64,000 nt of DNA, taken from positions 64,001 through 128,000 of IMG/VR virus record IMGVR_UViG_3300042198_000079, one strand, 5' to 3'. Origin of the DNA: a virus. The notes under the pieces are model-generated. The model ran no database searches. It was not told the origin of the DNA and saw nothing but the letters and a program-made list of their open reading frames with translations. This document shows, piece after piece, positions 39,591-48,563 of the stretch. Numbering within the stretch: the stretch's first letter is position 1; each line of letters starts with the position of its first letter. Both the position numbers and the translations under genes were made by a program.

Positions 39591-39992
39591 ATGAAAACAT
39601 TAACAATTATTAGAGGATGTCCAAATGCAGGTAAAACTACGTTTGCCGAATATATGAACAAATTTAATGAAAATATGGCAATTTGTTCTGCGGATCATTA
39701 TTTTGAAGATCCAGAAACAGGCGAATATAAGTTCGACGCTTCAAAATTAAAAGAGGCACATGCTGCATGTCAACAACATGCAGAATCAGAAATGCAGATG
39801 GGAAACGATGTTGTTATTAGCAATACTAATTCGCAAGATTGGGAAATGAAATACTATGAGGATTTAGCAGAAAAATATAGTTATAGAGTTTTTCATATTA
39901 TTGTAGAAAATCGTCACGGTAATAAAAATAATCATGAAGTTCCTGATATTGTTGTTGAAAAAATGAAAAAAAGATTTAGTATTTCTCTATAA
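39591..39992 (+). CDS. AAA_33 P-loop kinase
   Basis: IIRGCPNAGKTTFA, SADHYF, AHAAC, ISNT, HEVP. Confidence 0.85.
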   Translation: MKTLTIIRGCPNAGKTTFAEYMNKFNENMAICSADHYFEDPETGEYKFDASKLKEAHAACQQHAESEMQMGNDVVISNTNSQDWEMKYYEDLAEKYSYRVFHIIVENRHGNKNNHEVPDIVVEKMKKRFSISL

Positions 39993-40079
39993 ACTTTACG
40001 AAAGATTTCTAAGAATATAACTTTAATGAAACGGAGAATTTATTTGTGCTTTTAATTTCTTATATGGGAAAGGAGAACC

Positions 40080-40814
40080 ATGTGGACTTTAATATCGTGT
40101 AGTTATAATACGCCGGATATAACCGAAAATATGATAAGATCTTTTCGGAAATATCATCCAGATCAAGAAATATTAATTTCTGAAAACTCTACCAATGAAG
40201 ATACTGTAAAGGTATTAGATGGGCTTGATATCGAGTATATTAGAATGCCAGAATCGTGTCATTCTCCTTCTGTAGATTCTTTAATCAGAGAAGTAAAAAC
40301 TGATTATGTTTTATTGGTAGATACTGACGTTTTATTTTATACTTCACAAGATGCCATCTATAATAAAATTATCGAAGATGGTATAGATTTGTGTGGGACG
40401 GTTTGTGGAGATAGAGGAGGAAAAAAGATACATACTAAAATCCATCCATGGTATTGTTGGATAAATGTCAAAAGAGTAAAAGAACTTGGAATAAATTTTA
40501 ACGACCCTAATAGGCTGGGGTTTGTAAAAACGTCAGATAAAATTTATGATGTAGGTTCTAGTTTCTTTGAAGATTGTATTTCTAATAATTTAAAATTACG
40601 TCATTTTGATGGACAAGATTTATATTATTATCATTACGAAGGCATGTCGTGGAGAGTACAAAAATATGATCCGAACAAACCAGAAGGGGATATAGATATA
40701 GATTCAACCGCTTCTCATAACAATAAACAGTTGTATGAATATGGTCGTTATATATATGAAAAATACAAAAAAGATGTGCAAGAACGTATGTATTTCTCAG
40801 AATGCAATATATGA
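40080..40814 (+). CDS. GT2-like glycosyltransferase
   Basis: SYNTP, ISENS, YVLLVDTDV (DxD), IHPW, YDVGS. Confidence 0.8.
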   Translation: MWTLISCSYNTPDITENMIRSFRKYHPDQEILISENSTNEDTVKVLDGLDIEYIRMPESCHSPSVDSLIREVKTDYVLLVDTDVLFYTSQDAIYNKIIEDGIDLCGTVCGDRGGKKIHTKIHPWYCWINVKRVKELGINFNDPNRLGFVKTSDKIYDVGSSFFEDCISNNLKLRHFDGQDLYYYHYEGMSWRVQKYDPNKPEGDIDIDSTASHNNKQLYEYGRYIYEKYKKDVQERMYFSECNI

Positions 40815-40849
40815 ATTTATCATTAATATAACTATTAAATAAATAAAGT

Positions 40850-41824
40850 ATGTCAGACATTTTTGCTCCAAGAACTACAATCGAACCCGAAGAATATACC
40901 ATATTTAAAAAATATGTTGACGCTATTAATGATGCATATTGGACAGTAAAACATTATAATTTCACCAAAGATATTCAAGATTTTAGGGTGGAATTAAATG
41001 AAATCGAAAGAGAGGCAATTAAAAGGACCATGCTTGCTATTTCTACTATAGAAGTAAAAGCAAAAACTTTTTACGGAGTAAATGTTACTCTTCGATTTCC
41101 AAAACCAGAACTACAAGATTTGGGAGCAACTTTTGCAGAATCGGAAGTGCGTCATCAAAGAGCATATAGTCATTTATTAAAATTGTTATGTCTTAATCAA
41201 GATTTTGAAGAAATAGAAAAAATTCCAGTTATTGCAAACAGACTAAAATATTTAGGAAAATATAAAGAATGGCAAAATTCTAATAAAGATTCTAATTTCA
41301 TAAAATCGTTAATATTATTTGCTATATTTATTGAAGGAACTTCGTTAATGACTCAATTTATTATAATGCAGTCATTTAAAAATTATAAGAATCAATTAGT
41401 AGGAATTAACAATGTTGTTCATGCTACAAATAAAGAAGAGGTTCTTCATACTTTGGCAGCATTTGATATTATCAACATTTTACGCAATGAGCATCCAGAA
41501 ATGTTTACGGATGAAACAGAGGAATTAGTTCATACATGGACTAAAAAAGCATATTTAGCCGAGTCTGAAATGCTTAATTGGATTTTTGAAAATGGAGAAC
41601 TCGATTTTCTTCCAAAATCGGTATTAGACGAGTATATTAAACACCGTCTTGATTGGTGTATTACCCAAATTGGTTATAAACCAGTTTTTGGAAATATTTC
41701 TATTCCGTCTGAACTTGAATGGTTTGATGTTGGACTGAATTCTTCTAGACAAAACGACTTCTTTAATGATCGTCCAACTGATTATCATTTAGGTAATTCA
41801 TATACAGAAGAGGATTTGTTTTAA
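40850..41824 (+). CDS. nrdB: Ribonucleotide reductase class Ia beta subunit
   Basis: AISTIE, ESEVRHQRAY, FIEG..L..QF, KEEVLH, DFFNDRPTDY. Confidence 0.95.
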   Translation: MSDIFAPRTTIEPEEYTIFKKYVDAINDAYWTVKHYNFTKDIQDFRVELNEIEREAIKRTMLAISTIEVKAKTFYGVNVTLRFPKPELQDLGATFAESEVRHQRAYSHLLKLLCLNQDFEEIEKIPVIANRLKYLGKYKEWQNSNKDSNFIKSLILFAIFIEGTSLMTQFIIMQSFKNYKNQLVGINNVVHATNKEEVLHTLAAFDIINILRNEHPEMFTDETEELVHTWTKKAYLAESEMLNWIFENGELDFLPKSVLDEYIKHRLDWCITQIGYKPVFGNISIPSELEWFDVGLNSSRQNDFFNDRPTDYHLGNSYTEEDLF

Positions 41825-41847
41825 ATAATTACAGATAAATATTTTTG

Positions 41848-42630
41848 ATGTTGTCATTTAAAGAATTTCTAGTAGAGAATTTTATGGAAGAAGAATTGCC
41901 TACTTTAATAAGTGCAATAAAAAATCTTACTAGTAAAAATAGTTCTACTAAAGAAAAATTGTTAAAAGATCTTCAAGATATATACGGTTTTAAATTTGAA
42001 AATTTCGGATCAGGTGTGAGTTCTGTTGTTTATGCAGGAACAAAAAGCACAATTCCACAATATATAATGAAGATATTTGAAAGTTCTGAGGATACAGCAT
42101 CACAAGAATATCTTGAATATTGTAAGAGTAATCAAAGTTCTAATCCGTTTCTTCCGTTTCTTCCATCCCCAGAAAAACAACCTTTGATTTTAAATAAATT
42201 GCAGAAAATTTATATAATGGAATATGTAACGGTAGATCCGTGGAAAGGTAATAATCATTTAAGTATTTTTTTTGGTAAAGAAAAGTTTTCTAATTTTATA
42301 GACCAAGTTTCAAATATTTTGGGCGGTGATGTTATGGATTGGTTTGTTCCATCTGAAGTTATAATTTTTGATCACTGTATAAATGATCTTCTTATTGAAG
42401 ATCAAAGCAAGTTTGAAAAAATTCTGGAGGAATTATTCGATGATAAGTTTTATGACTTTATGAACTGGATTGGAGTCTATGAACATATCATAAATTCAAA
42501 TCCTAGAGCATCATTAGACTTTGGATATGGAAATTATGGCTTTAGACCAAGTGATGGTCATATGGTCATATTTGATCCACTAACCACCATGACCGAAGAC
42601 GAGAACCCGCTAACCTCCACAACCGAGTGA
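41848..42630 (+). CDS. Leader-tagged protein-kinase-like protein between nrdB and nrdA
   Basis: Starts MLSFKEFLVE; FGSGVSSVVY Gly-loop, IMKIF, YIMEY, LDFGYGNYG, VIFDP. Confidence 0.7.
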   Translation: MLSFKEFLVENFMEEELPTLISAIKNLTSKNSSTKEKLLKDLQDIYGFKFENFGSGVSSVVYAGTKSTIPQYIMKIFESSEDTASQEYLEYCKSNQSSNPFLPFLPSPEKQPLILNKLQKIYIMEYVTVDPWKGNNHLSIFFGKEKFSNFIDQVSNILGGDVMDWFVPSEVIIFDHCINDLLIEDQSKFEKILEELFDDKFYDFMNWIGVYEHIINSNPRASLDFGYGNYGFRPSDGHMVIFDPLTTMTEDENPLTSTTE

Positions 42631-42743
42631 TTATTCGTATAACTTTGAAATCAAACAACTAAAATATGTTATTAAAATTTAATAATTAAAAAACATATTG
42701 CATTGACACGATTTCCTACATAGCATAAGTTATTGAACTAAAA

Positions 42744-45700
42744 ATGTCACAAAGAAAAGACTTCGATTGGCTTAATAAAGATTCTAAATTATTTTTATCA
42801 CGCGGATACTTGGAAGAAGGAGAAACCGCAGAACAACGAATAAAAAATATATCAAAAACTGCTCAAAAATATTTGGAGCAAATGTGGTATAAAAATAACA
42901 AATATAAATTCTGGAAAAAGAAACCAGAACTTATACGAAACTTTTCGGAAAAATTTGAATACTGTATGGCACGGGGATGGTTTTCTTTATCTACTCCGGT
43001 TTGGAGCAATTATGGTAAGAAAAGAGGGGCACCAGTGAGCTGTTTTGGGTCTCGTACTGAGCTAGATTCTTGCGAATCTATTATATACACTAATGCTGAA
43101 ATAGCAACTATGACTCAAAAAGGAGGAGGAACTAGTATTTACATTGGAGATTTGCGTCCAAGAGGATCAAAAATATCTAGTGGAGGTGTTAGCGATGGTC
43201 CAATTTCTTTTCTTGGTCTGTTTGAGTCTTCTGCGAACATAATGAAGCAGGGGTGTTATGCATTTGATACTGAAGTCTTAACTGAAAAAGGATGGATGTT
43301 ATTTGAAGATATTATTAATAGATCTGAAATAAAGGTTGCCCAAGTGCATGATGACGATTCTATAGATTTTGTAACACCAGATAATTATTTTAAATACGAA
43401 GTAGATGAAGAATTGATTTTATTTAAAGATTCTAAAAATATTGATTTATTGGTTACTCAAAATCATAATATGAGGTATAAAAGGTTGGATCGGGTAAACA
43501 CTAAAAAAGATAAGGACGGGAAATATATTTCAAATGAGAAATTTTTAAATCCTAAAGTGTTTATGAAACAAGCAAAAGATATGCCTCTTTACAGAAATAT
43601 TATTCTTAATAATTCTGGCTTTGCTAAAGCAACGAGTAATAATTGTCTTACACATAAAGAACGATTTCTCATTGCATTACAGGCAGATGGACATATAAAC
43701 AAACTAACCAATAAATTAGATTTTCATTTTTCTAAACAGCGAAAAATTGATAGACTTATTAATATTCTTTCAAATCTAGAAGGATATTCATATATCAAAC
43801 GAGACAGTAAGAGCGATAATACTACATATATAATTGTTACTCCACCCGAGGGAATTCAACACACTAAACAATTTGATTGGGTGAATCTAAACACCATTTC
43901 TAAAGAATGGTGTTTAGATTTTGTTTTGGAATTGTTGGAATGGGATGGGTCTAAAAATGCCAATAATCCAATCAATGGTAAATATTCCAGCGTGCTGGAA
44001 TATAATGTAGATATTGCTCAATGTGTTGCTTCTATGTGTGGTTATAAAACTCGTAAAACTACTGTTGCTCGCGATGAATCAAGACATTGTATTTATAATT
44101 TACAATTATCAAAAGGCGAACATTTTGGTGTCGAAAAATTGAAACCAGAGTTACTTCCATATAAGGGGTTTGTATATTGTGTGGAAGTGCCAACACATAA
44201 TATCTTAGTAAGAAGAAATGGACACGTAACGGTTTGTGGAAATTCAACAAGACGAGGAAGTCTTGCCGCATATCTTCCAATTGAACATCCTGATATTATG
44301 GAATTTTTAGATATCAGAATGGAAGGATGCCCTCTTCAAAATATTTTAAGTGGAGTTACTGTTGGGAATGAATGGTTTGAGGAAATGAAAGCAGGGGATA
44401 AAGGAAAAAGAAAAGTGTGGGCAAAATTAATGAAAGCCCGCGCATTTGCTGGTGTTCCTTATATTCTCTTTAGAGATAATGCCAATAAAAATAAACCACA
44501 GGTTTATAAAGACAAGAATATGGAAATAGTGGCATCCAATCTTTGTGTTACTGGTGACCAGAGAGTTGTCAGTGATCGAGGTCTTCTAACAGTTAAAGAA
44601 TTATATGAACAAGGAGGGTCGTTAAAACTTTTCGATAACGATAAGATCGTTAATGCATCTCCTATGCAACTAATAGAAAAAGATGCTGATGTATTTAAAA
44701 TTACTTTAGAAAACGGATTAGAGCATTCTATTACAGGGTATCATAAAGTATCTACTAAAAATGGAAATGTAGCTTGTAGCGATTTGAAAGTAGGGGATAT
44801 GGTAAAAGTCCAAACCAAATCGATGTATGGAGATAGTAGTGGATATTTCCCAGAATATGAAGATTATTATATTTCGTTTAATTCGTATAGTAATGGAGTT
44901 GGGTCTAAACAAGAAATTTATGATGCTTTAAAAAATCTAACATTAGAACAAAAAATCTTTCTTGCATCAAGAGGAGAATTAATCAATGATGATGGATGTT
45001 CTAAAATTGTTAGTATAGAACATATAGGAAAAGAAGATGTTTATTGCACAACCGTAGATTCGCAAGAACATTTATGGATTTGTAATGGGTTTATTACTTC
45101 TAACTGTAATGAAATAATGCTCCCTTCTTCTGAAAACGAATCTTTTGTTTGTGTTTTATCTTCTATAAATTTGTTATATTACGATGAATGGAAAGATACT
45201 GATGCTCCTGAAATCCTTCTTGCATTTTTAGATACGGTTAATGAAGAATTTGTAATTAAAACTAATAATATGCCTTTTATGAAGAGGGCAAATAGATTTG
45301 CTAAACGACACAGGGCACTTGGTTTAGGAGTGTTAGGATGGCACTCCTATCTCCAAAAAAACATGATTCCATTTGGTAGCTTTGTTGCAATGGGCAAAAC
45401 AAACGAAATTTTTTCCAAAATAAATGATAAAACTTTAAACATGACAAAACAACTTGCGTCATGGTTTGGAGAACCAGAATTATTAAAAGGTTATGGAGAA
45501 CGAAATACTACTCGTTGTGCATTGGCACCTACCAAATCTTCTTCATTTATTTTGGGTCAAGTTTCGCAAAGTATTGAACCATATCATTCAAATTATTTTG
45601 TTGACGATAAAGCAAAAGCTCAAGTAGTTTTTAAAAATCCATATTTGAAAGAAGTATTAAAAAAATACGACAAAGATGATCAAGAAGTGTGGGATAGTAT

Positions 45701-46007
45701 TAAAGATGCAAATGGAAGCGTTCAACATTTGAAATTTTTAACTGACGAAGAGCGAGAAGTGTTTAAAACATTTGGAGAAATATCACAAATGGATATCATT
45801 AAACAAGCAGGTATTCGTCAAAAATATATAGATCAAGGACAATCATTGAATTTAATGATACATCCTAAGTGTTCTGCGAAAGACGAGAATCAGTTATATA
45901 TTGCTTCGCACGAAGAAGGTTTGAAAGGGCTCTATTATCGAAAAAGTTTTAATGCTGCTAGTGAATTTAGAAGAGAATTGGTTTCCTGTTCTACTTGTGA
46001 AGGATGA
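42744..46007 (+). CDS. nrdA: Ribonucleotide reductase class Ia alpha subunit with two inteins
   Basis: STPVWSN, PVSCF, KGGGTS, KQG|STRRG, SNL|CNEI, FVCVLSS, APTKSSS, DQGQSLN, C-terminal CSTCEG. Confidence 0.96.
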   Translation: MSQRKDFDWLNKDSKLFLSRGYLEEGETAEQRIKNISKTAQKYLEQMWYKNNKYKFWKKKPELIRNFSEKFEYCMARGWFSLSTPVWSNYGKKRGAPVSCFGSRTELDSCESIIYTNAEIATMTQKGGGTSIYIGDLRPRGSKISSGGVSDGPISFLGLFESSANIMKQGCYAFDTEVLTEKGWMLFEDIINRSEIKVAQVHDDDSIDFVTPDNYFKYEVDEELILFKDSKNIDLLVTQNHNMRYKRLDRVNTKKDKDGKYISNEKFLNPKVFMKQAKDMPLYRNIILNNSGFAKATSNNCLTHKERFLIALQADGHINKLTNKLDFHFSKQRKIDRLINILSNLEGYSYIKRDSKSDNTTYIIVTPPEGIQHTKQFDWVNLNTISKEWCLDFVLELLEWDGSKNANNPINGKYSSVLEYNVDIAQCVASMCGYKTRKTTVARDESRHCIYNLQLSKGEHFGVEKLKPELLPYKGFVYCVEVPTHNILVRRNGHVTVCGNSTRRGSLAAYLPIEHPDIMEFLDIRMEGCPLQNILSGVTVGNEWFEEMKAGDKGKRKVWAKLMKARAFAGVPYILFRDNANKNKPQVYKDKNMEIVASNLCVTGDQRVVSDRGLLTVKELYEQGGSLKLFDNDKIVNASPMQLIEKDADVFKITLENGLEHSITGYHKVSTKNGNVACSDLKVGDMVKVQTKSMYGDSSGYFPEYEDYYISFNSYSNGVGSKQEIYDALKNLTLEQKIFLASRGELINDDGCSKIVSIEHIGKEDVYCTTVDSQEHLWICNGFITSNCNEIMLPSSENESFVCVLSSINLLYYDEWKDTDAPEILLAFLDTVNEEFVIKTNNMPFMKRANRFAKRHRALGLGVLGWHSYLQKNMIPFGSFVAMGKTNEIFSKINDKTLNMTKQLASWFGEPELLKGYGERNTTRCALAPTKSSSFILGQVSQSIEPYHSNYFVDDKAKAQVVFKNPYLKEVLKKYDKDDQEVWDSIKDANGSVQHLKFLTDEEREVFKTFGEISQMDIIKQAGIRQKYIDQGQSLNLMIHPKCSAKDENQLYIASHEEGLKGLYYRKSFNAASEFRRELVSCSTCEG
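43254..44243 (+). mobile_element. Intein 1 in NrdA (330 aa) with LAGLIDADG-type endonuclease
   Basis: CYAFDTEVLT..LVTQNH..IALQADG..LLEWDG..VYCVEVPTH..VCGN/S. Confidence 0.9.
44544..45104 (+). mobile_element. Intein 2 in NrdA (187-aa mini-intein) at the catalytic NLC site
   Basis: CVTGDQRV..ITGYH..DVYCTTV..NGFITSN/C. Confidence 0.9.
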
Positions 46008-46055
46008 TCACCCAAAAAGATCGTCTGGACATATATCAATATAAAACACTTAAAG

Positions 46056-46316
46056 ATGAAACATAAAATTGTAAAAACAGAAGGATGTCTTAGCTTTGGT
46101 TTGACTATTGATGATAAAAATATCGAGGATATTCCAAAAGTTGAATTAAACAAAATAGTTGATTATCTTTGTGAAAAAATGAAAGAAGGTCTGGACGATG
46201 GAACAGTTGTCTTTTCAGATATTGTTAATGTTTTTCAATATTCTGATTATGGAAGCGATGAGCATTCTTGTGAAACTTGTGGCGATACAGTTCATTGGTG
46301 TATTTGGGAAATATGA
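46056..46316 (+). CDS. Small hypothetical protein with C-terminal CxxCG
   Basis: TEGC..CETCGD..WEI. Confidence 0.6.
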   Translation: MKHKIVKTEGCLSFGLTIDDKNIEDIPKVELNKIVDYLCEKMKEGLDDGTVVFSDIVNVFQYSDYGSDEHSCETCGDTVHWCIWEI

Positions 46317-46357
46317 GTATTTTTAACATATTTATTCGTAAACTATAAATATGTTAT

Positions 46358-46855
46358 ATGTTAGAAAAATTTAATAATTATATCAATGAATTTCTTTTAG
46401 AAAAAAAAGATAGATGTCACAGAAAAGCCGAACAAGTTTATGGTAAAAAAACTTCTGCATATAGAAGCGGAGCAATAGTAAAATGCAGACAAGGCAAAAT
46501 CTGGAAAAAGAAAAAAATTAAAGAAAATACAATAAAAGAAGAGACGCTTGAAGAACCAACACAACTTAATGAAAAAAACACTTTCTCGAAAGAAAAAGAA
46601 AGTGGTTTACATGGTTGGTTTTCTCGTCAAGGAGGAAAAGGAAAAAGTAAAGGCTGGGTAGATTGTAATACCTGTCGTAAAGATAAAAAAACAGGAAAGA
46701 AAACCTGCAAAACCTGTGGAAGAGGCAAAGGCGAAAAAAGAAGCAAATATCCTGCCTGTCGTCCAACACCTTCAGCGTGTAATTCCAGAAAAAGATTAAA
46801 AAAAGGATCTAAAAGAATTTCTTGGAAAAAAGGAAGTAGAACGAAATCCAAATAA
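46358..46855 (+). CDS. Leader-tagged, very basic Cys-rich protein
   Basis: MLEKFNNYINEFLLE; SAYRSGAIVKCR and GLHGWF..GWVDC..YPACRP modules. TATAAATA at 46344-46351. Confidence 0.7.
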   Translation: MLEKFNNYINEFLLEKKDRCHRKAEQVYGKKTSAYRSGAIVKCRQGKIWKKKKIKENTIKEETLEEPTQLNEKNTFSKEKESGLHGWFSRQGGKGKSKGWVDCNTCRKDKKTGKKTCKTCGRGKGEKRSKYPACRPTPSACNSRKRLKKGSKRISWKKGSRTKSK

Positions 46856-46857
46856 AA

Positions 46858-47637
46858 TTATTCTGTTTCTAAGTTTAAATATTTTGGAGGAACGTGTCCG
46901 TGAATAATTAAAGTATCTTCGCTTATTCCCTCCCAAGATTCTACTTCGCAATAATAATTATCTAAGCCTATCATATGTGCCAAAGATCTTTTTAATTCAC
47001 ATATATTTACAGATTCTTCTTGTGTTACTTCTGGCATATATCCGTCCTTTTTCATTAATCCTAAATCAATACTAAAAACACAATCTCCATACGATCCTGA
47101 ACCGCTTAGTGCGTTTTCATCTTCGTCAGTAAAACAAAAAATAGCATCTCCTGTAGATCTATTAGATATTCCTCTTGTTTCATTTCTTGGTTCTAATCCA
47201 CGTTTTTTTATACTTTCTACATTTTTACGTGGTGTTGCATGATATATAAAGCTCACATTTTCCTTTTCTGGAACGCTATCCCAAAATGATTCTTCTTCTC
47301 GTTCTGGTAAAAGCATTTCTACATCATAATCAGATAAATTATCTAACCATTCATCAGCTTTTTCTGAACGACTACCGTCGTATATATAAGTGTCTTTTTT
47401 GAAATTATAAACTATATATTTTTCTTTTTCTTTACTTAATTCGACAACCCAAAACACAATTCCGAATAATGTAAATATTTCTTCTATTTCATAAAGTTCT
47501 AAATTTGTTAAAAAATAATCATCTCTTGGATCAAATTCAGACACATTGTCAATATTTAATATATTTTTATAGTGTCTTATTTTTCTTTCTTTCGCTCTTT
47601 CTTCATTATCGTCTTCGGGAACATCGAACAAAAGCAT
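46858..47637 (-). CDS. Protein with C-terminal Tpt1/KptA-like ADP-ribosyltransferase-fold domain
   Basis: IYHATPRKNVESIKKRGLEP, IFCFT, YGDCVFSIDL, HVPPKYL. In-frame upstream VLSKYNKFIKE. Confidence 0.6.
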   Translation of the reverse strand: MLLFDVPEDDNEERAKERKIRHYKNILNIDNVSEFDPRDDYFLTNLELYEIEEIFTLFGIVFWVVELSKEKEKYIVYNFKKDTYIYDGSRSEKADEWLDNLSDYDVEMLLPEREEESFWDSVPEKENVSFIYHATPRKNVESIKKRGLEPRNETRGISNRSTGDAIFCFTDEDENALSGSGSYGDCVFSIDLGLMKKDGYMPEVTQEESVNICELKRSLAHMIGLDNYYCEVESWEGISEDTLIIHGHVPPKYLNLETE

Positions 47638-47680
47638 TTGCTCATATTGTTCTTTTATAAATTTATTATATTTAGATAAA

Positions 47681-48563
47681 ACACAAAGATACTTATATTA
47701 ATTTACTGGTTTAGTAATTAATTTCGTTTCGAGTTTCTTTATAAAATATTCTTATCCGTTAAGGTGGGATTTAAAATGTTTGTATAGCAGGACGAAATCT
47801 TGCTCTTTTTTCATCTATCACATCAAAATAAATTCTACCATATATTTCAAACGGATAACCAACAAAATCCATTATATTTCCTAAAATTGGAAGTTTAGAA
47901 CTAGTAAAATCCCAAATATCATAATATGAAATATATTCTCCTTCGTCGTCTTTACCATAACTTATTGTATAACTTCCCATAAATGTAGATTCTAGTCTAT
48001 GACTAGGAAAACCACATAAATCTGATATTTGACTGGAAGTTGCTGGTTTTCTTATTTTTTTAGCAACATCTACAAGTATTTTAGTATTTTCTTCTGACAT
48101 AATATAAAATTCTGCCAAATTATATTCTTTTTTCTCTGGTAAAATATCATAGTATATTGAATTTTTATTTTTACTTATTTTTGGGAGATGATTTGGATTT
48201 GTTATTTTAAAAAAACTTCTTTCTAACACTTCTTTATCTCCAGTAAGAAAATAATACCATGCATCATAATCTACTTTAAAATCATCTTCTAAATAATCAT
48301 CATTTTCAATGTCATCGAAATATTTATCTTTTGTCACACGTAGAATAAGATTTATAAATTCGTTTATACTTTTAGGAAATTCATTTCTTGGATCGATGTT
48401 TCTAAATATTCTGTCTGCCAATGATTTAGGCAACAACCCCTCATTTAATAAATTATCACAATATTTATTAAATGAATGTAATACAAACTTTTCTTTATTC
48501 ATATAAAGATATTTATATTGATTTACTGGTTTAGTAATTAATTTCAATTCAAGTTTCTCTATA
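47681..48563. repeat. 63-bp imperfect direct repeats (47681-47743 and 48501-48563), 820 bp apart
   Basis: 55/63 identical by hand alignment; shared core atttactggtttagtaattaatttc. Confidence 0.9.
47771..48502 (-). CDS. Leader-tagged hypothetical protein (second half of the 551-aa track ORF)
   Basis: Own TATAAATA at 48510-48517, 7 nt before ATG 48502; MNKEKFVLHSFNKYCDNLLNE; C-terminal GKDDEGEYISYYDIWDF..PFEIYGRIY. Confidence 0.7.
   Translation of the reverse strand: MNKEKFVLHSFNKYCDNLLNEGLLPKSLADRIFRNIDPRNEFPKSINEFINLILRVTKDKYFDDIENDDYLEDDFKVDYDAWYYFLTGDKEVLERSFFKITNPNHLPKISKNKNSIYYDILPEKKEYNLAEFYIMSEENTKILVDVAKKIRKPATSSQISDLCGFPSHRLESTFMGSYTISYGKDDEGEYISYYDIWDFTSSKLPILGNIMDFVGYPFEIYGRIYFDVIDEKRARFRPAIQTF

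Noticed and set aside
47681-48563. Diversity-generating retroelement template/variable repeat pair
   Set aside because: Mismatches are not confined to adenines of one copy, the repeat spans a promoter, and no reverse transcriptase is in the window.
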